From: Candidatus Hermodarchaeota archaeon | Lineage (GTDB): Archaea > Asgardarchaeota > Heimdallarchaeia > Hodarchaeales > Hodarchaeaceae | Direction of reading: 5' to 3' | DNA length: 32,000 nucleotides | Assembly: GCA_048886185.1 (NCBI GenBank) | Contig: JBHLKY010000008.1 | Location: forward strand, 90,947-122,946 | Shown: in pieces, positions 20,085 to 26,383 of the stretch | Layout of the letters: every line of letters begins with the position of its first letter | Numbering within the stretch: position 1 is the stretch's first letter | Position numbers and translations under genes: made by a program | The notes under the pieces: model-generated | What the model was told of the DNA's origin: nothing | What the model saw: only the letters and a program-made list of their open reading frames with translations | The model's database searches: none

Positions 20085-22292
20085 TTAAGAATCAAATGCT
20101 TCTAAGATATATGAGTAGATTTCCTTTTCTTCCCCTTTTGATACTTGTTGTAATCGTCGCACAATCAATTCTGGGGTTGACTTTGCATATTTATAATAAA
20201 TAGGGGTTCGATTCACTATGAGTTCTAGATCTTCGGAAAGGCCTTGAGCCTCAATTCCATCAATTCGGAGTTTTTTCTTACTATGTTTAGCAATAAGTTG
20301 AGCCAGATGAGTCACAAATATCCCAACGGAGTCTTGAGATTGTTCTAATAAATCTAGAAAGGCTGCAATTACCCGAGCTGAAGCACCTGGTTCCGAAATA
20401 CTCTCCATTTCATCAGCTAGCACAAATCGAGATTTAGGGCTCATAATCATGCGTGTTAAGGTTTGTAGTGTTGATTCAAAAGCGCCCGCGTCCATCTGCC
20501 CTGAGGTTTTTCGATAGTAATGCAATTCATTAAAACCACCAAGAACGGCCCGTTTACATGGAATAGGTAAACCCATTTGACCTAGAATTATCATTACTGC
20601 TAAAGAAACAATTAATGTCGTTTTTCCACCGCTATTTGCTCCTGAAAGAAGGATGATGCGTTCACCATCAACACGATTAGCAATCCTGCCAATTTTTCCT
20701 GCTGCATAGGATACTGGTTCTACCTTTAAAGCCCCTCGATGTTCTTGTTGAATTAGAAACAGATTGCGTCCTTCTTCTACTAGGATCCCCGTACCCTGTC
20801 CTTCAATAAGTCGTGGGAGAACCAACTTATATGAGAGGGAGAATTTTCCTATCATAAGAAGATAATCGAGTTCTAGCATATAATTTAATGCTGTTCTTGC
20901 TATTGACTCAAATCGCCGTAGAGATTTTGCTAGGGTCACCTTTAATTCAAATGCTTTAATTGCACGCATTTGCCGCAAATAATTTTTCATTCGATTAACT
21001 ACATTGTCAACAGGATCAACAGGGTATCGCAGTTCTCTTGGAAAAATCCCCATAAGGTAATCAGTCTCATCACTTCTCAACTCCAAACTTTTGATTAGTG
21101 TTTCCTCAGCCTTAGTAATTATTTCTTCAACTGCTAGATACAGTTCATCATCCAGATACTCACGGAGCTCAGCTTTTCCACTGTCGCCAGAATATCTCTG
21201 ATCTTCCTCAGACATCCCTTTAAGAAGAGCAAGGATCTTTTCTCCTTCTAAATGAACAGTTGTATCGTGAAGTTTTTTTTCTAATTCCTCATTCAAAGAC
21301 AACAAGATTTCGCTCAATTTGTGTTCAAACGTTTGTTCGGCCCTTAGAAGACGGGAATATTCTTTGTTAAATCTGTGTGTTGGTTCACCTGACTCTTCAA
21401 GGTTTAAAAGCTCATTACCCATTTCTATAAGCATATCAAGATTTAATTCCCCTGTTAATACTGTTAGCTCTAAAGGAGGAAGTGTTTTAAGTAATTTGGC
21501 TAGTTCAGATATTGATTCAAGGATTTTTTTGTTCTGTGCAAAAAAATTAAGCATTTTCTCTGGGATTATCTGAGTTAAATCATTACGTTGAGATTCCGAA
21601 ATCGTAATCGTGTTGGATAATCCGTCTTCAAGTAAGAAATCTGATCCAATCCAGATAACTTCATCATATCCTCCAATAACTTCTGAAACCTGCTCACTAT
21701 CCTCAACAAAAAGAGTTTCACAATGATATCCAATCTCATTAGTTGTTATCTCTTCATAAATCTGCTTATCAGTAGTTACTATGACTCTGGATGCTGTATC
21801 AAGATGGTTGACGCGCTCCTTAAGAGATGTGAGGTTCCTGAGAAGGAGATCATACTCTTTAAACGAATGAGGGGAGTTCTTTATCATAGATACTAATTCT
21901 TTTGCCCTTTTGGTAGTATTTTGCCTCTCTTTGATTTTATTCACAGCTGAAAAAGGTAGTGGAAAAAATAAGTACAATTTCGATCGTGAGTAGATTGTAT
22001 TGGCAAATTTCGAGATAATATCAACAATTCGATTGTAAATTAGGATCGCATCTTCAGTTTTAAGAAAATTTTGAATTTGTTCACCAGTTTCTTGAAAATG
22101 GAGGTTACGACACAGGCTTAAAGCAAACTTTTCGCCAATACCCTCTATAGATGAGATTTCTGCTATTCGAGATTCTCGTAATGCGATAAGAGCAGTATTT
22201 TCACTTCCGAAATATGCCTTCAGTTTTTCCTCCACCGAAGGGCCAATTCCACGGATGTCTCGAAGGTTACTTATACTCAAAGTAGGTTCCAT
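20085..22292 (-). CDS. Archaeal MutS-like ATPase with N-terminal helix-hairpin-helix motifs (MutS5-type, no mismatch-recognition domain)
   Basis: HhH motifs IRGIGP and IEGIGEK; GANSGGKTT Walker A; VLADEME; FVTHL. Confidence 0.85.
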   Translation of the reverse strand: MEPTLSISNLRDIRGIGPSVEEKLKAYFGSENTALIALRESRIAEISSIEGIGEKFALSLCRNLHFQETGEQIQNFLKTEDAILIYNRIVDIISKFANTIYSRSKLYLFFPLPFSAVNKIKERQNTTKRAKELVSMIKNSPHSFKEYDLLLRNLTSLKERVNHLDTASRVIVTTDKQIYEEITTNEIGYHCETLFVEDSEQVSEVIGGYDEVIWIGSDFLLEDGLSNTITISESQRNDLTQIIPEKMLNFFAQNKKILESISELAKLLKTLPPLELTVLTGELNLDMLIEMGNELLNLEESGEPTHRFNKEYSRLLRAEQTFEHKLSEILLSLNEELEKKLHDTTVHLEGEKILALLKGMSEEDQRYSGDSGKAELREYLDDELYLAVEEIITKAEETLIKSLELRSDETDYLMGIFPRELRYPVDPVDNVVNRMKNYLRQMRAIKAFELKVTLAKSLRRFESIARTALNYMLELDYLLMIGKFSLSYKLVLPRLIEGQGTGILVEEGRNLFLIQQEHRGALKVEPVSYAAGKIGRIANRVDGERIILLSGANSGGKTTLIVSLAVMIILGQMGLPIPCKRAVLGGFNELHYYRKTSGQMDAGAFESTLQTLTRMIMSPKSRFVLADEMESISEPGASARVIAAFLDLLEQSQDSVGIFVTHLAQLIAKHSKKKLRIDGIEAQGLSEDLELIVNRTPIYYKYAKSTPELIVRRLQQVSKGEEKEIYSYILEAFDS

Positions 22293-22362
22293 TCACGTTT
22301 GGTTATTAATTGGAGAATGTTAGGATTTGCCTTTTTGCCTTTTTTCCAAATTAATTATTGAT

Positions 22363-23274
22363 TTAGATTTTTTCGATTTTTTTTGCTGCAGCGAGCTTAA
22401 TGAATTCATGAACCTCAGAATAGGAACAATGATCAGAATAAGGAAAAAAATGTACGTCAATACGTTTTTGGCGCAAGCGTGCTGCCCAACCGGTAGGGGA
22501 GATTCGTACAGCTTCAGACATTTTGTCTTGGTATTGCTTTTCTACTCCCTGAAAGTTCTCAACCATTCTACGACTACCAACAAAAATCCCTGAATCACGA
22601 TCACTAGTGAAGATATCCCATTCTCCCCCAATCTCCTTATAAGTTTGGACTTTTTGATCTGATGCCCAAATTTTCACTTTCAAAGCATCACTAATTGTTT
22701 TGAGAAGTTTTTCCTTACCAATTTGATAAGAAGATATCCACACGTCTCTTGCTGGATAATTCCCTTCAGATAAAATCAATGTAATAATTTCTGAAATTAT
22801 TTTTTCTCTCGTAGGAAATTGAAATAATGAATCATTACCATAAGTATAATCAACCCAAAGATGATCTGAGCCTTGAATTAAATCGAATTCATTAAGAATT
22901 GGTGTTCCAAACCTGAAATCACCGGTATAGACTTCTTTTAATCCATCTCTTGACTCAATGACATAAATCAAGCTACCCAAACAATGGTTTGCATCTAGGG
23001 CGTGAATAACAAAATTATCAAAGTCTAATGATTGACTGGATTTTAATGTGAGGCATTTTTCAGGAGGGATCTCATAAAGCACCTTTATAACTGCTGCTGT
23101 TTCCTCAGAGCAAACTATTGTGGCATCAGGATCAGATAAACATGATTTGAGACCTGAGGTATGATCAGAGTGAGCGTGTGATAGGAAAAAATACCCTGAA
23201 GATTTTTTCCTTCGTACTCTTCGTTGAAATGGGAATTCATCAAAATAACTTTGAGCAATCGTTGAAAATACCAT
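22363..23274 (-). CDS. SNM1/Pso2/Artemis-like beta-CASP DNA nuclease
   Basis: FLSHAHSDHTSGL, DANHCLGS, YTGDFRF, DYTY, YQIGKEK and PYSDHCSYSE motifs. Confidence 0.75.
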   Translation of the reverse strand: MVFSTIAQSYFDEFPFQRRVRRKKSSGYFFLSHAHSDHTSGLKSCLSDPDATIVCSEETAAVIKVLYEIPPEKCLTLKSSQSLDFDNFVIHALDANHCLGSLIYVIESRDGLKEVYTGDFRFGTPILNEFDLIQGSDHLWVDYTYGNDSLFQFPTREKIISEIITLILSEGNYPARDVWISSYQIGKEKLLKTISDALKVKIWASDQKVQTYKEIGGEWDIFTSDRDSGIFVGSRRMVENFQGVEKQYQDKMSEAVRISPTGWAARLRQKRIDVHFFPYSDHCSYSEVHEFIKLAAAKKIEKI

Positions 23275-23509
23275 TTAACTTCTCCAATCTGGCATAATAC
23301 CTTATTTAGGGTTTAGGAATTATCTTTACATGATTTGACGAATACAATCTTTTTTCTTAATGTTATAAGACATGAAATCGTTTTTGAGATATCCACTCTT
23401 ATAACGGGATTAAAATATATTAATTTTGGTCAACAATAAAATATTACTGTTTATATTTATTGAATCATGATGTAGGAGGAGAGGATTGTTAATAATATCA
23501 ACTTGGTCA

Positions 23510-23531
23510 AATGAAAAAAGGATAGAAAAAA
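23510..23531 (-). terminator. Oligo-T tracts downstream of the permuted 5S precursor
   Basis: Minus strand reads TTTTTTCTATCCTTTTTTCATT directly after the 3' arm. Confidence 0.55.
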
Positions 23532-23540
23532 CTTTTGATT

Positions 23541-23571
23541 GCGCCTAATAGTTAGGAATCTCTGTTTCCGG
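23541..23571 (-). repeat. 3' processing arm of the permuted 5S precursor
   Basis: Minus CCGG-AAA-CAGAGATTC...TATTAGGCGC, complementary to 23688-23715. Confidence 0.85.
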
Positions 23572-23685
23572 GTTCGGAATGAGACCGGGTGTAACCCAGG
23601 CCCTTTGGCCGAGCAATACTCAGCTTTTCGATTTTCCCGATGGCTCGCGCACAACAGTACAGACCGAAACGGAACCTAACTTAAC
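23566..23685 (-). rRNA. rrf: Circularly permuted 5S rRNA gene: 3' half (23685-23617) precedes 5' half (23615-23566)
   Basis: 5' half UGCUCGGCCAAAGGGCCUGGGUUACACCCGGUCUCAUUCCGAACCCGGAA carries the conserved loop C; 3' half begins GUUAAG. Helix I UGCUCGGC/GCUGAGUA, helix II CCUGG/UUAGG, helix V UUUCGGU/AUCGAAA, helix IV with GCGA tetraloop; 120 nt in total. Confidence 0.92.
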
Positions 23686-23687
23686 TT

Positions 23688-23715
23688 CCGGCAGAGATTC
23701 GCAGGTTATTGGCGC
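23688..23715 (-). repeat. 5' processing arm of the permuted 5S precursor
   Basis: Minus GCGCCAATA...GAATCTCTG-CCGG; pairs with 23541-23571 (9-bp perfect helix plus outer GC helix). Confidence 0.85.
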
Positions 23716-23765
23716 ACAACAGATGTAGTTGCAGCTACAACCTGATAGGAGCGCATTCAAGAGTC

Positions 23766-23773
23766 TTTAAATA
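23766..23773 (-). promoter_or_regulatory. TATA box for the 5S precursor (TATTTAAA)
   Basis: Position predicts a start site near 23742-23746, upstream of the 5' arm. Confidence 0.55.
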
Positions 23774-23799
23774 TTATCCGTTAACCTGAGATTTTTAGA

Positions 23800-24612
23800 A
23801 TGAATTGGTCAGAATGGCAGAAAAGCTACTATCAGATAATTGAGCAATTAGATTTCGATATTGAGGCTGATAAAAAAGCAAGAAATCTATTAGAGAAATA
23901 TTTTATCAAGTTAAATCCAATCACAAAATATCAAATCTTCGAAAAGCTGAAAACTACTCTTCTAGAACCTATAATAATTGCTGGAGCAGGCCCTTCTTTG
24001 AAAAGAGATTTTTCAAATCTCTTTTTAGGGTTTTATAAAAACAAAATTTTAACTAAGTTTCGGACAATAGCTGTGGATGGTGCAACAGCATTATTCAAAC
24101 AAAATAAAATTATTCCATCAATAGTAGTAACTGATCTTGATGGTGATTTGACAGCGATTAGATGGGCTATCGAAAAAGGTGCTTTAACATTAATTCATGC
24201 CCATGGTGACAATCAACAACAGCTTTCTTTGTTTATTGACAAATATAATGAAATAATTGTAAACAATAATGTATGGGGAACTACTCAGTGTAAACCAAGA
24301 CATATTCTCTTTAATTTTGGAGGATTTACAGACGGTGATAGAGCAATCTTCTTAGCATTTCACTTTCAATCTCCTCTGATCTGCCTAATTGGCTTCGATT
24401 TTGGTACTCAAATCGGTGAATATAGTACTCTCAACTCTCCGATAAAGAAAGAACGAAAGAAGAAGCTTGAAAAATTCCAAATTGCCCTTAACTTACTATC
24501 AAACTTTCAATCTCAACACCGAGGGCTTCGCTACAATATGACATATCAAGGGGAAGAAATTTCAGGATTTCTAAAACTATCTATTTCTGACTTCCTCCAG
24601 AATTTAATTTAA
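23800..24612 (+). CDS. mptE: 6-hydroxymethyl-7,8-dihydropterin pyrophosphokinase (DUF115/COG1634)
   Basis: IAGAGPSL, AVDGAT, VVTDLDG, HAHGDN and NFGGFTDGDRA motifs. Confidence 0.9.
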   Translation: MNWSEWQKSYYQIIEQLDFDIEADKKARNLLEKYFIKLNPITKYQIFEKLKTTLLEPIIIAGAGPSLKRDFSNLFLGFYKNKILTKFRTIAVDGATALFKQNKIIPSIVVTDLDGDLTAIRWAIEKGALTLIHAHGDNQQQLSLFIDKYNEIIVNNNVWGTTQCKPRHILFNFGGFTDGDRAIFLAFHFQSPLICLIGFDFGTQIGEYSTLNSPIKKERKKKLEKFQIALNLLSNFQSQHRGLRYNMTYQGEEISGFLKLSISDFLQNLI

Positions 24613-25111
24613 TTGTGTAGCTAGCCCAATAAATAGGTGTTTCCCATATCGAAATTGTGATTGCTCCAATTCTTTCCCAAAAAATTTCTTTTCTTAACTT
24701 TTCTTCAATTTTTTCCCCTAATAATCGCGTTAATGCCTCTGTAGTGACATTAGTACAGCTCAGTAACTGAATTTCTGCCCTTGGAATAGAATAGAATCGT
24801 TCACCATATATAATTTCCATATTTTCCTTGTTTTTACGCATTTTCATGTTCTTATTCTTTGATGGAATCAACACATAATGATCCCATTCAGTTACAATCT
24901 GGATAAGAAGTTTCTCTAAAAAAATAAAGTCGATAATCAAATCATTATTATCTGGGATCCCTTCGATCTCCATTTCAACTAAATAATTGTGACCATGAAG
25001 ACCTTCTTCATAATGATCTAAAATAAGTGCGTGTGAGGCACTAAAATGAACAGAAAGTTTGTCGATGGCAACAGAACTCGATCTACGTTTCTTGCTCAAT
25101 ACATAAATCAA
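24581..25111 (-). CDS. 6-pyruvoyl-tetrahydropterin synthase family (COG0720), ExxHGH (PTPS-III-like) type
   Basis: HFSASH, EGLHGHNY with no catalytic Cys, TTEAL and IWET motifs; TTG start overlaps the trxB TGA. Confidence 0.85.
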   Translation of the reverse strand: MIYVLSKKRRSSSVAIDKLSVHFSASHALILDHYEEGLHGHNYLVEMEIEGIPDNNDLIIDFIFLEKLLIQIVTEWDHYVLIPSKNKNMKMRKNKENMEIIYGERFYSIPRAEIQLLSCTNVTTEALTRLLGEKIEEKLRKEIFWERIGAITISIWETPIYWASYTIKLNSGGSQK

Positions 25112-26079
25112 CCATTACTAGTTTCTATACCATACCAATCTCCACCCCTCATATCAAGAAAAGCAGATATCGCAGCAGTTGTACCCTCACCAACAGCTAC
25201 TGAAATCTGGCCTTGTCCTGGAGTGATATCACCACAGGCATAAATCCGAGGAATATTAGTACGTTGTTTGGCATCAACTTTGATTAACCCCTCTTCAGTC
25301 AGTTTAACACCAATTTTTTTAGCTAATTCATTATTGGGGAGAATTCCAATAGCTATGAAGATTGCTTTCACCCTAAGATCATTTATTTCTCCTGTTTTAT
25401 TATTCTTTATCGATATTTTCCTAATCCCACCAACTTCACTCCCATGAATTTCCGTCACTTCAGAGTCCCAAATAAAATTGACCTTTGAATTGTTTAAGAT
25501 TTCTTTTTGTAAAGAATCTTCTGCTCGTAACCGGTCACGACGATGAATTAGATAAACTTCACGAACAACATTATCAAGATAGAGAGCTTCTGTTACTGCA
25601 GAGTTTCCCCCTCCAACTACTGCTACCTTCTTTGATTTATACAGCGGGCCATCACATGTTGCACAATAAGAAACTCCCTTTGCTTCAAACTCTTTTTCAC
25701 CAGGTATGTTTAAGTGACGGTGAGATGTACCGGTAGCTAAAACGATCACTTTAGCTGTAAAATTACCCGAGGTTGTAACTAATTCTAATGGAGCTTGATT
25801 AGTCTTTATGTCAGTGACTTCTACTAGCTCACGAATCTCAGTCCCAAATTTTTCTGCTTGCTTTCGCAATTTATCAGCAAACTCGAGACCCGTGATTTCA
25901 GAAAAGCCAGGGTAATTTTCTATTATTGGGGTGACTGCCGCTAACCCTCCCACAGCTTCTTTTTCAAGTACCAGTGTTTTCCAACCCATACGTGAACCAT
26001 AGATGGCAGAAGCCATACCTGCTGGACCAGCACCAACTATTACCATGTCGTAATCATTATTATCAGGGGTACTTCCCAT
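25108..26079 (-). CDS. trxB: Thioredoxin reductase
   Basis: GAGPAG FAD motif, GVSYCATCDG, VGGGNSA, HRRD and IYACGD motifs. Confidence 0.95.
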   Translation of the reverse strand: MGSTPDNNDYDMVIVGAGPAGMASAIYGSRMGWKTLVLEKEAVGGLAAVTPIIENYPGFSEITGLEFADKLRKQAEKFGTEIRELVEVTDIKTNQAPLELVTTSGNFTAKVIVLATGTSHRHLNIPGEKEFEAKGVSYCATCDGPLYKSKKVAVVGGGNSAVTEALYLDNVVREVYLIHRRDRLRAEDSLQKEILNNSKVNFIWDSEVTEIHGSEVGGIRKISIKNNKTGEINDLRVKAIFIAIGILPNNELAKKIGVKLTEEGLIKVDAKQRTNIPRIYACGDITPGQGQISVAVGEGTTAAISAFLDMRGGDWYGIETSNG

Positions 26080-26383
26080 GCTAGCTTACGCTCCACCTAA
26101 AAATGAACTAGGTGACTTCATTTTTATTGTGTTAAGTTCCAAATATTAAGTTTTTGCGAAGTTAATAATATTCAAAATCCTGATGAAAGGGAAATTTTGA
26201 AATGAAAAAGGGATTTTAAGAGAAATGATGCTACAACCCTACTTTTTGTCCTATAGCTTCAATGTATTTTTAAGGGGAAGTGCAAGATTTAAGATATAAG
26301 AATACTACGAATATATCAAGCCAAAGAGTATATTTTTTTAATTCAGATAAGAGATTCGCTCTAATCTATTTCACCCAGAACGG

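Noticed and set aside
22327-23654. Short ORFs 22327-22593 (+) and 23457-23654 (-)
   Set aside because: The first is antisense to the SNM1-like gene; the second overlaps the permuted 5S RNA and its terminator.
23566-23685. Reading the locus as a 5S pseudogene fragment or a tRNA-like element
   Set aside because: Both halves are complete, all five helices pair, the sum is 120 nt, and dedicated complementary arms place the splice junction exactly. There is no cloverleaf.
26150-26220. AAAATCC...GGATTTT inverted repeat with a TGATGA (C-box-like) motif between trxB and the HerA-like gene
   Set aside because: There is no correctly placed CTGA D box and the pairing is weak, which is insufficient for a C/D sRNA call.
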